Below the pieces are notes generated by a model. The model was not told the origin of the DNA. It made no database searches and worked only from the letters and a program-made list of their open reading frames with translations. A stretch of 64,000 nt of DNA from the NCBI GenBank assembly GCA_050011975.1, contig JBEKIB010000006.1:26433-90432 (forward strand). The letters run 5' to 3'. The stretch comes from Terriglobales bacterium. GTDB taxonomy: Bacteria; Acidobacteriota; Terriglobia; Terriglobales; Acidobacteriaceae. Positions 18,991 to 27,724 of the stretch are shown in pieces; within the stretch, counting starts at the first letter, position 1, and each line of letters begins with the position of its first letter. The position numbers and the translations under genes were made by a program.

Positions 18991-21900
18991 ATGTATTTGC
19001 GGCGAGTGCTATTTACGCTTCTAGGGCCGATCCTGCTCCTCTGGTGCACAACCGCTCTTGTCGCCCAACTGAATCGAGGCGCCATCGAAGGCAACGTGTC
19101 TGATCCACAAGGTTTGGCAATGTCGGGAGTGGAGATCACTATCACCAGCGTTGCTACAAATGTGGTGACAAGCACCAAGACCAACGACGCCGGCTACTAT
19201 CGAGCGGAGGCTTTAGTCCCCGGCACCTACAGTGCACACTTCGCAGCCAAAGGATTTACTTCGCTGGACATCACAGCCATCGAGGTGCCTGCTGCCCAAG
19301 TGATCCGGGTTAACACCAAGTTGACGGTCGGGTCGGCCAACGAAAAAGTAGAAGTCAAGGCCGAGTTGCCGATGCTGGAGACCGATGCCAGCAACTTCAG
19401 TACTACTTTGCAAACCGACATCATCCAGAATGTGCCATTGGCGGGCCGGGACTTACAGCAGTTAACCTTCTTGCTTCCGGGAGTTAACAACGTGGGTGGT
19501 CCTCCAGGAAGTAATTTCGGTTTTGACAGCAGTTTCGGAACCTTCCCCGATCCAACTCACCTTTTGGGTTCGGCGATTGCCGTGAACGGCGGGCAGAGTG
19601 GGGCGAACGCGTGGTACCTCGATGGCAATCTCAATATGTCCAGCTTCGGGGAGAACATAGTGGTCAATCCATCTCCAGACTCGGTCTCGGATTTTCAGGT
19701 CATCACGACTGCGTTTTCGGCCGAGTACTCACACACTGGGGGCGGGGTCTTTAGCACCGTTCTGAAGTCAGGTACGAATGCTCTCCACGGAGACGTCTAC
19801 GAGTACCTTCGAAACAGTGCGACCAACGCCACGAACCCCTTTGACGAGAAGGGCGGCTTCAGCCAGACTCTTGTGCAGTTTAACAATTTTGGTGGGACCT
19901 TAGGCGGCCCAGTCAGGATTCCTCACGTTTACGACGGCAGGAACAAAACATTTTTCTTTTTCTCCATTGACGCGACAATTCTTCACCAAAGCGGCAGCAA
20001 CGCTTACACAGTTCCTACCCCTCTAATGCGCCAGGGAAACTTCAGCGAAGATCCCAACGTTGTTAGTAGCGGAATCTTCGACCCGAACACGACTAACGGT
20101 CCACAGTCGGACGGCACGTTCTTACGGACGCAATTCACCAATCCCGACGGCAGTATGGCAACCTCCATCCCGACCAATCGCCTCGACCCCACCGCGATGT
20201 TTTTCATTAATTCATTTCCCCTTCCGAACCACATTGATACCTTAGGTGGTTGTCCCTTGGCGTTGAGCGGTACCTACAGTATCTGCAATAACTACGAGGG
20301 TCGGACTGGAAGTAGTCAGGACCCCATTAATCTCTCGATCAAGGTTGATCATCAAACCGGCAAGGGTAAGTATTTTGCTGAGTGGCTGTTCAGCCCCAGC
20401 CAGTACCGCAATTTCGCCGTGCCTTGGACTGGCCCCACGTTACCTCAGTCCAGCATCGGCTTTGGATCGCCGAATAACTTTGGTATTCGCAGCCAAGTGG
20501 TCGCACTCGGCCACACCTACGCTTTCAGCCCCAGTTTCATCAACGAGTTTCGCGCCAGCTTCAGCCGCCAATTCCTCTCGACCCTGGCTCATCCTTACCC
20601 AGACAGCATTACCTCTCAGTCAGCGGTGGAGCAGGCCTTGGCGCCGAGCCTTTTACCTACCAACTCTTTTTTCCCAACGCCTAATTTCGCTCTGACTAGT
20701 ACGCCCGGCGGCGGGTATCTTACTTTTGGTCCTACCCCGTGGGTCAACATTGCGACTGGAGCGGAAGCTTACACATTTCTCGACAACGTAACCAAGATCA
20801 TTGGCAAGCACACGCTGAAGACGGGCATTATTTATCGCTTGGACCATGCCAGCTATAACAGCGACGATCCCACCACCTTAGACTTTTCCGGTTCATTGAC
20901 ACAGAATCCGCTTTCTGGTCTCGGGGGCAATAGTTTCGCGCAATTCATGTTGGGAGCCGTTCCCGCTGATGGCAGCACGTTCGCCGGCCGTATTCAGCCG
21001 CCCTATCTACGCTGGCGCTCCTGGGGCTTCTTTGTACAAGATGACTTTCACGTCAAGCCCAATTTCACCTTGAATCTGGGCCTGCGCTACGACCTCAACG
21101 GTTATTTCAGAGCTCGTTATTACCCCATGGGTAACTTCTGCTTTACCTGCATGAATCCCGTGAGCGGGCTGCCGGGGGAAAACATTTATGAAGGGAGCCC
21201 TGGATTCCCTAATGGTGATATCTTTCCGGCCAACCACACCGACTTCGCCCCTCGCTTTAACTTCGCTTGGTCGCCCGCTGTCCTGCGCAACACCGTCATC
21301 CGAGGCGGTTATGATATTTTCTATACCGACGCAATTGAAAGTTTTAACGCACCCGGTCAGTCAGTCGTCAACGGAGCCGGCTGGGGGCTAGGTGGAAGCT
21401 GGGAACAAAGCTTCTATCCGCAGTGTGTTGCATTTGCGGGGCCCTGTGTAGCGTTTCCTTTGAGTGACACTAGTACCAATAAGACGAATCTCTTGTTCCC
21501 ATCCATAACCGGCCCGTTCCCGGCCCAGACTCGTGAAAACCTCCTTGGCGGCACTTACGCCTTCGTCAAGCCGAGACGTGATCCCATGGTGCAAAGCTAC
21601 ACCTTCGAAATTCAACAGGAGCTCCCTGGCAAACTGACGGTCTCCCTGGGTTACGTGGGCACTCACGGAACTCACCTGGCGGGAAGCGGACCCAGCGCCT
21701 ACTTATACAACAATGTCTCAACCCAGAACAAGCTCAAGTACCAAGCCCAACTTTTCAGTAATTACCCTATTTCGCAGTATTATTCGGGTCAAACGGCAAC
21801 CCAGTTAGGCCTGCTCTACGGAAATCCAGTTACTGGACCTGTGAACCAGCTATCCCTCTCGACTTTGTTGGAGCCTTACCCTTTCTTCCCCACGATTCCG

Positions 21901-22857
21901 ACGAACGGAACGTTCGAAGGTATGACTACTTATAATGGGATGAACTTGAGGGTCCAAAAAAAGGCTTCCCATGGCTTGGACTTCATCGTCGCGTATACAG
22001 TTTCCAAGCAGATGGATAATTGGTCGGTAGGTGGAGCGGGGGTGGAAGCGGTAGATCCGATTCATTTCACCCGGACAGGAATTATCGGCGGACGGGGAGG
22101 CCAATTGGAAAGCGCTTACGGGGGCCCGTGGACATTTCAGGACCCCGACAACAGGGCGGCTGATCGTGCGATAGCGGTCGATGACATACCCCAGATGTTC
22201 AACGTTGGCGCAACTTACGAACTCCCCGTAGGCACCGGCAAAGCTCTTCTGAACCGAAAAGGTATAGTAGGTAGCATTCTCGGGGGCTGGCATCTAAGTG
22301 GCAACTTCAATGCCCAAAAGGGCCTGCCACTGCCCATTTCCTGTCCCTCCAGCACGCTCCAACAACTCAGCACCCCGGGTACCGCTTTCCAGGAGTCGGG
22401 AGGCAGATGCAACATGGTCAGCGATCCTCGTTTCAGCGGGCATCGCTCCAAAGCCGAGCAAATAGCGGATTGGATTAATCCGGCTGCCTTTGAGCCCGCT
22501 TTTGGCAATGATCCGAACTTCTGGGCGAACTACACTGTCCTAGATCCTCGGGCGTGGACGTTCGGAAATATGAAGCCGCGGACGGATGCCATTCGTGGTC
22601 CCGGTTTTTGGAACCTTGATTCGTCGTTGATGAAAGATTTCCACCTCACGGAGGCCAGGTACTTCGAATTCCGGTGGGAAGTCTTCAATACTCTTAACCA
22701 TCAGAACTTGGCGCTTCCCAATACAACATTTTGCTTACCACCCGCCGCGGACGGATCGACCGACTTGGTTGAGCAAGCCGGTTGCACGTTCGGCAAAATT
22801 ACCGGTGTCCAGACCGATCCGCGGAACTTGACGTTCGCGCTGAAGTTCTTCTGGTGA
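18991..22857 (+). CDS. TonB-dependent outer-membrane receptor with carboxypeptidase-regulatory-like domain (large, 1288 aa)
   Basis: Signal peptide ending ALVAQ. The CarboxypepD_reg segment is GVEITITSVATNVVTSTKTNDAGYYRAEALVPGTYSAHFAAKGF. The barrel ends in an aromatic residue (TFALKFFW). Confidence 0.85.
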   Translation: MYLRRVLFTLLGPILLLWCTTALVAQLNRGAIEGNVSDPQGLAMSGVEITITSVATNVVTSTKTNDAGYYRAEALVPGTYSAHFAAKGFTSLDITAIEVPAAQVIRVNTKLTVGSANEKVEVKAELPMLETDASNFSTTLQTDIIQNVPLAGRDLQQLTFLLPGVNNVGGPPGSNFGFDSSFGTFPDPTHLLGSAIAVNGGQSGANAWYLDGNLNMSSFGENIVVNPSPDSVSDFQVITTAFSAEYSHTGGGVFSTVLKSGTNALHGDVYEYLRNSATNATNPFDEKGGFSQTLVQFNNFGGTLGGPVRIPHVYDGRNKTFFFFSIDATILHQSGSNAYTVPTPLMRQGNFSEDPNVVSSGIFDPNTTNGPQSDGTFLRTQFTNPDGSMATSIPTNRLDPTAMFFINSFPLPNHIDTLGGCPLALSGTYSICNNYEGRTGSSQDPINLSIKVDHQTGKGKYFAEWLFSPSQYRNFAVPWTGPTLPQSSIGFGSPNNFGIRSQVVALGHTYAFSPSFINEFRASFSRQFLSTLAHPYPDSITSQSAVEQALAPSLLPTNSFFPTPNFALTSTPGGGYLTFGPTPWVNIATGAEAYTFLDNVTKIIGKHTLKTGIIYRLDHASYNSDDPTTLDFSGSLTQNPLSGLGGNSFAQFMLGAVPADGSTFAGRIQPPYLRWRSWGFFVQDDFHVKPNFTLNLGLRYDLNGYFRARYYPMGNFCFTCMNPVSGLPGENIYEGSPGFPNGDIFPANHTDFAPRFNFAWSPAVLRNTVIRGGYDIFYTDAIESFNAPGQSVVNGAGWGLGGSWEQSFYPQCVAFAGPCVAFPLSDTSTNKTNLLFPSITGPFPAQTRENLLGGTYAFVKPRRDPMVQSYTFEIQQELPGKLTVSLGYVGTHGTHLAGSGPSAYLYNNVSTQNKLKYQAQLFSNYPISQYYSGQTATQLGLLYGNPVTGPVNQLSLSTLLEPYPFFPTIPTNGTFEGMTTYNGMNLRVQKKASHGLDFIVAYTVSKQMDNWSVGGAGVEAVDPIHFTRTGIIGGRGGQLESAYGGPWTFQDPDNRAADRAIAVDDIPQMFNVGATYELPVGTGKALLNRKGIVGSILGGWHLSGNFNAQKGLPLPISCPSSTLQQLSTPGTAFQESGGRCNMVSDPRFSGHRSKAEQIADWINPAAFEPAFGNDPNFWANYTVLDPRAWTFGNMKPRTDAIRGPGFWNLDSSLMKDFHLTEARYFEFRWEVFNTLNHQNLALPNTTFCLPPAADGSTDLVEQAGCTFGKITGVQTDPRNLTFALKFFW

Positions 22858-22935
22858 TTGAGGCGGGACATCGAACATCCATTGCCTCGCGGGAACTCGC
22901 ATGATCCCGCCGTACACGATGTCGCTGCTTGTGGT

Positions 22936-23001
22936 GGTGCCAACTGTGCAACATAGGGGTGCCAGATGTGCAACATAGTGGCGCCAGCCGTGCAATACAA
23001 T
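22936..23001 (+). repeat. Three tandem 22-bp direct repeats upstream of the phosphoesterase promoter region
   Basis: The copies are GGTGCCAACTGTGCAACATAGG, GGTGCCAGATGTGCAACATAGT and GGCGCCAGCCGTGCAATACAAT, read directly and contiguous. The conserved core is GTGCAAyAyA. Confidence 0.8.
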
Positions 23002-23033
23002 GGACACCAATTCGTGTTGATCGCAGAAAGCCG

Positions 23034-23062
23034 TTGACAGAAGAGCATATCCTGCCTCTTAT
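23034..23062 (+). promoter_or_regulatory. Candidate sigma70-type promoter for the phosphoesterase gene
   Basis: TTGACA (23034-23039), a 17-nt spacer, then TCTTAT (23057-23062). It lies about 105 nt upstream of the ATG at 23168 and just downstream of the 22-bp repeats. Pattern match only. Confidence 0.25.
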
Positions 23063-23167
23063 GTACGATAGTAGAAAATGTGGAATACGGAGTGATGAGC
23101 CGATTCAACAACTCCGTAGAACTACACTTGCCGTGATCGCCTGCTCATAGGCAGAAATGAGGTTTTT

Positions 23168-24154
23168 ATGAAATATGTGCGAGGGGCTTTGACTTTGCTG
23201 TTTGGGCTTGTCGTGACGGCAGGGCTTGCGCATTCCCAAATGAGCAAAGTGAAGACCGTCTTTGTGGTCATGCTGGAAAATCACAATTGGACGGGTGACG
23301 ACGCCGGTGCCTCCTTTGGCGACCCCGATATCAAAGGCAATCCGCTGGCCCCGTATGTCAACGGAGAACTGACGAAAATATCGGCGCACCCGCAGCAGTA
23401 TTACAATCCTCCGGGCAACCATCCCAGCCAGCCGAATTATTTGTGGCTGGAAGCCGGGACCAACTTCGGCGTGCTCGGGGATAGCCAGCCTGGCCAGCCC
23501 CAATATTTCACACACAAGCATTTGGTAAGACTTCTGCAGGATGCGGGTATTTCCTGGAAGGCTTACGCGGAGCCCGACTACGGGAGCCCCGTGTTCAGCG
23601 TCTGTCCGCTTGATTTCAGCTACCTTGATGTGAACCACCTCGCTCCCGTTTACTTCAACGATATCAACGACGGGTTGAACCCAAACTCGGCCGAATGTCT
23701 CGCACACGTTGTGCCTTATTACAACCTAGCGACGGATCTGGCCGACCATACCAGTCCGCGATACAACCTCATTATCCCAAACCTGTGCCATCAGGGACAT
23801 GAGGGTGTTACTCCTTGTGATCCCGCTGAACCGGCGGACAATACGGCGCGATCGGATGCATGGCTGGAGCAAAATCTGCCCGTAATTCTCGAATCGAAAG
23901 CGTACAAGGAAGGCGGTGCCTTGTTCGTCATCTGGGATGAGGCCGAAGACACCGACCAGTACAGCGATGGCCCGATTCCCGTTTTCTTGCTTTCGCCGTT
24001 TGCCAAGGGTGGGGGTAAGACAGCTTACAGCAATACCATCCACTACGACCATAGCTCTACCCTGAAAACGATTGAGGAGATCTTCGGGGTCGGGCCGCTG
24101 CTGGGCGGTGCCGCAGACCCGAAAACGGTTGATCTAAGTGACTTGTTTAAGTGA
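23168..24154 (+). CDS. Secreted phosphoesterase-family protein (acid phosphatase / phospholipase C type)
   Basis: 328 aa with a signal peptide (LLFGLVVTAGLAHS). It carries the VFVVMLENHNW and HPSQPNYLWLEAG motifs characteristic of the Phosphoesterase (PF04185-type) family. Confidence 0.7.
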   Translation: MKYVRGALTLLFGLVVTAGLAHSQMSKVKTVFVVMLENHNWTGDDAGASFGDPDIKGNPLAPYVNGELTKISAHPQQYYNPPGNHPSQPNYLWLEAGTNFGVLGDSQPGQPQYFTHKHLVRLLQDAGISWKAYAEPDYGSPVFSVCPLDFSYLDVNHLAPVYFNDINDGLNPNSAECLAHVVPYYNLATDLADHTSPRYNLIIPNLCHQGHEGVTPCDPAEPADNTARSDAWLEQNLPVILESKAYKEGGALFVIWDEAEDTDQYSDGPIPVFLLSPFAKGGGKTAYSNTIHYDHSSTLKTIEEIFGVGPLLGGAADPKTVDLSDLFK

Positions 24155-24194
24155 GACATGCCGGGAATAAGCTGAAGGCTGTTTAGTATTGGGT

Positions 24195-24226
24195 ATCCGG
24201 CGCTTGATCATCATCGAGCGCCGGAT
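24195..24226 (+). terminator. Hairpin downstream of the phosphoesterase gene
   Basis: ATCCGGCGCTTGAT-catc-ATCGAGCGCCGGAT, a 14-bp stem with one mismatch. No U-tract follows. Confidence 0.35.
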
Positions 24227-24432
24227 CATCTCCGAACGATAGTCGTGCACTGGACGCAATCCGTCAGAACCATTCTTAAACGGAAGAGAATGCCCATCAA
24301 CAACAAGCCTCGTGTTCGGCGTGACATAGACGGCCGCACCGACGATTTCAATGACCACAGCCTCGGAAGCCCGAGTCGCTTTCCGAACAGAATTATCTTA
24401 ATTCCGAAAGCGGAACCACGTTTCTCAAGAAA

Positions 24433-26082
24433 ATGCAGCGGATGCGGCGAACCCCTTTCGATTGGACCGCAGTCGTGGAGATTGATAGCTTGACTACTCG
24501 CCGCAGATTTCTTCGTCAATCTGTGATTGCTGCCGCAGCCGCAATCGTCCCGCGGGCTTTCTCCCAGACCGTGCGGCGTGACCCGACGCCCGTGATCGCG
24601 ACCCTCGATCCAGACAGCCTGGTTCGCTTCGTCGATCCGCTGCCGCTTCCGGTGGTCGCGCAGCCGCAGGGCGATCGTGACGTACCGGGTAAGCCCGGCG
24701 AACGGGCGCCATTCTACCGGGTGCCCATGCGCGCCACCACCACCAAACTTCATCGCGATCTGCCGCCAACTAACGTATGGTCCTACGGCGGTACGGTACC
24801 CGGCGTCATGTTCGATACGCAGAGCCATCAGGGGCTGCTCGTCGAGTGGGTCAATGAACTGCCGCCCAATCACTTTCTCCCCATCGATTACTCAGTGCAT
24901 GGCGCCGAGCGCGGTACCCCCGAGGTGCGTAGCGTCGTGCATCTGCATGGCGGCAAGACGCCTCCCGAAAGCGACGGATATCCCGAAGACTGGAGCGTGC
25001 CCGGTCAATCGCGCACCTACTACTATCCCAACCAGCAGGACCCAGCGCTACTCTGGTACCACGACCACGCGATAGGCATCACCCGGCTGAACGTCTATGC
25101 CGGACTCCTGGGTCTGCACGTGATTCGCAACCAGGCGGAGCAGATGTTGCAGTTGCCCAACGGCAAATACGAGGTCCCGCTCGTGCTCTTCGATCGCCAC
25201 CTCCACATCGATGGCCAGCTAAGTTATCCGCACACGTGGATACCGGAAGTGTTCGGTGAGGTGCCATTGGTCAACGGCAAGATATTCCCTTACCTCGAGG
25301 TAGAGCCGCGCAAGTATCGATTCCGCGTTCTGAACGCCGCGAATGGCCGTGTGTATCGGCTGTCATTGCCCCAGGGCGTCGAGGTCCACCAGATCGGCAC
25401 CGACCAGGGACTGCTCCCCACGCCGGTTAAGGTAACGCACGTAGTGCTGGCGCCGGCGGAGCGCGCCGATCTGGTCATCGACTTCGCACCGCATCGCGGT
25501 ACACGGATTTTGCTATCCGACGATGCCTTCACGTTCATGGAGTTTCGTGTCAGTGCATCGCCGGTCTCCGACCCGAGCGCGTTGCCGGCCACGCTCCGTA
25601 CCGTGCCCCGTATCGCGGAGTCCTCCGCCGTAAAGACGCGCTGGCTCACAGTGGGCGACGAGATCAAAAAAGGATCGTCCGCTTCCGCGGGGATGTTGTT
25701 GAACAAGACGCCGTGGCACATGCCGATCACCGAGAAACCGGTGCTGGGTACCACGGAAATCTGGGAACTCGCGAACCTGACCGAGGAGGTGCAGCCCATT
25801 CACCTGCACCTGGTGCGGTTTCAAATTCTCGATCGTCGCCGCTTCGACGCCTCCGAGTACATGGAAGACGGCGAACTGCGGTATAGCAGGGACCCGGCCA
25901 CGCCTCCCGACCCGAATGAAATGGGCTGGAAGGACACGGTTCGCGTCAACGCTCAGACAGTAACTCGGATCATTGTTCCGTTCGAGGGCTATTCCGGCCG
26001 CTACGCTTGGCACTGCCACAACCTCGAGCACGAAGACAACGAAATGATGCGCCCTTACGCAGTGCTGGCAGCCGGGAGTTAG
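24433..26082 (+). CDS. Multicopper oxidase (CotA/bilirubin-oxidase-like), Tat-exported
   Basis: 549 aa with Tat motif TRRRFLRQS. The four copper-binding motifs are VHLHGG, WYHDHA, PIHLHLV and HCHNLEHEDNEMM. An alternative TTG start at 24490 is preceded by GGAG. Confidence 0.85.
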   Translation: MQRMRRTPFDWTAVVEIDSLTTRRRFLRQSVIAAAAAIVPRAFSQTVRRDPTPVIATLDPDSLVRFVDPLPLPVVAQPQGDRDVPGKPGERAPFYRVPMRATTTKLHRDLPPTNVWSYGGTVPGVMFDTQSHQGLLVEWVNELPPNHFLPIDYSVHGAERGTPEVRSVVHLHGGKTPPESDGYPEDWSVPGQSRTYYYPNQQDPALLWYHDHAIGITRLNVYAGLLGLHVIRNQAEQMLQLPNGKYEVPLVLFDRHLHIDGQLSYPHTWIPEVFGEVPLVNGKIFPYLEVEPRKYRFRVLNAANGRVYRLSLPQGVEVHQIGTDQGLLPTPVKVTHVVLAPAERADLVIDFAPHRGTRILLSDDAFTFMEFRVSASPVSDPSALPATLRTVPRIAESSAVKTRWLTVGDEIKKGSSASAGMLLNKTPWHMPITEKPVLGTTEIWELANLTEEVQPIHLHLVRFQILDRRRFDASEYMEDGELRYSRDPATPPDPNEMGWKDTVRVNAQTVTRIIVPFEGYSGRYAWHCHNLEHEDNEMMRPYAVLAAGS

Positions 26083-26085
26083 AGG

Positions 26086-27651
26086 ATGTCCACAATTCGA
26101 CGAACTTTGGAGGCCGTTATGATACCTGCTTTTGCTCTTTCTTTCTGTCCGGCGCGGTTCCGGCGGATGCAGCTTTGCTTGTTTCTTCTAGCCCTGGCTT
26201 GCCTGTTGCTGCCGATTCCGGCGTGGGCGCAGGTGACCTTCACCGGGCCCCAGCCGAGCGTGAACTTCGGCTCTCAGGCAGTGGGATCGCCCAGCGCACC
26301 GGTTTCCCTGCCCTTCACGATCGCAGCAGGCACGACAGTGGCCAGGATCGCCGTGTTGACCACGGGCGTCGCGGGCAAGGACCTCGCCAATGCGACGGGG
26401 ACCACCTGCACGGCAACGACTTACGCCACAGCCACCAACTGCGTGGTCAACGTCAGCTTCAAGCCCCTGGCGACGGGCCTGCGCCGGGGCGCGGTAGTGT
26501 TCTATTCTGGCGCCCCCAAAACAGCGCTGGCCACGGTGCCCGTTTTTGGCATCGGTACCGGGCCACAGGTGGCCTTTGGGCCGGGTGGCGCGCAGACCAA
26601 CGTGGACGGCAAGTTTGTCAGTCCCATGGGCGTGGCCGTGGATGGGGCGGGCAATGTCTACGTTACCGACATTGACCTCCAAAAGGTGTTCAAGGTGACG
26701 CCGGGTGGCAAACAGACCGCGGTGGGTAGCGGGTTTGAAGTGCCCGAAGGCGTGGCCGTGGACGGGGCGGGCAATGTCTACGTCACCGATAGACAACTCC
26801 AGGCGGTGTTCATGGTAACGCCGGGCGGTGTGGAAACCCAGGTGGGCAGCGGACTGTTCTTTATGCCCATGGGCATCGCCGTGGACGGAGCGGGCGACGT
26901 GTACGTTAGTGATCCCTGGTACGACGTGGTTTACGAGATAACGCCAAGCGGTACACAGACCTCGGTGGGCGGCGGATACAACACACCCGCAGGCGTGGCC
27001 GTGGACGCAGCCGGTAATGTGTACGTCGCTGATTGCTTCGAGGCATCTGTGTTCATGATAACGCCGGGCGGCACACAGACCTCGGTGAATGGCACATTCA
27101 TGACTCCCACAGGCGTCGCCGTGGATGCGGCGGGCAACGTCTACGTTACCGATGCAGGCACCGATGCCGTGTACCAGGTAACGCCGGGCGGCGTGCAAAC
27201 TACAGTAAGCAGTGGGTTGAATGTTCCGGACGGCGTGGCCATCGATGGATCCGGCAACGTCTATATCGCCAATACCTTCAGCGAGCAGGTGCTGAAGGTC
27301 GACCGTGTAGACGCGCCGTCGTTGAGCTTTGATGCCACGAAGGTGGGCTCAACGAGTAAGGACAGTCCGAAGACGGTGGAGGTCGAGAACATCGGCAACG
27401 CTTCCCTTGAATTCTCGGCACTGACGTATCCGGTGGACTTCCCCCAGGGCTCCTTGGACGACGCTTGCAACTCGACCACATCGCTGGCAGACGGCAGCAG
27501 TTGCGCGCTGATCATCGACTTCAGTCCGGTGACCCCGCTCGACGGCAAGACCTCGGTGGTGCTGAACGAAGTCGTAAAGTTGAGGACCAACACCCTCAAC
27601 GTGGCCAACAAGCTGCAAAAGGTGGACGTCACCGGCACGGAGAAAAAATAA
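26086..27651 (+). CDS. Secreted NHL-repeat beta-propeller protein with flanking Ig-like segments
   Basis: 521 aa with six consecutive ~42-aa blades carrying GVAVDGAGNVYVTD...V..VTPGG.QT. The N-terminus is hydrophobic. It starts 4 nt after the multicopper oxidase stop. Confidence 0.8.
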   Translation: MSTIRRTLEAVMIPAFALSFCPARFRRMQLCLFLLALACLLLPIPAWAQVTFTGPQPSVNFGSQAVGSPSAPVSLPFTIAAGTTVARIAVLTTGVAGKDLANATGTTCTATTYATATNCVVNVSFKPLATGLRRGAVVFYSGAPKTALATVPVFGIGTGPQVAFGPGGAQTNVDGKFVSPMGVAVDGAGNVYVTDIDLQKVFKVTPGGKQTAVGSGFEVPEGVAVDGAGNVYVTDRQLQAVFMVTPGGVETQVGSGLFFMPMGIAVDGAGDVYVSDPWYDVVYEITPSGTQTSVGGGYNTPAGVAVDAAGNVYVADCFEASVFMITPGGTQTSVNGTFMTPTGVAVDAAGNVYVTDAGTDAVYQVTPGGVQTTVSSGLNVPDGVAIDGSGNVYIANTFSEQVLKVDRVDAPSLSFDATKVGSTSKDSPKTVEVENIGNASLEFSALTYPVDFPQGSLDDACNSTTSLADGSSCALIIDFSPVTPLDGKTSVVLNEVVKLRTNTLNVANKLQKVDVTGTEKK

Positions 27652-27724
27652 CGTCCCGAAAATTGGCCGTTGTGTTTCACAGTCGAACGCTGTCAGAGCC
27701 AAATTGCAAGAACTTGGAGAATGT

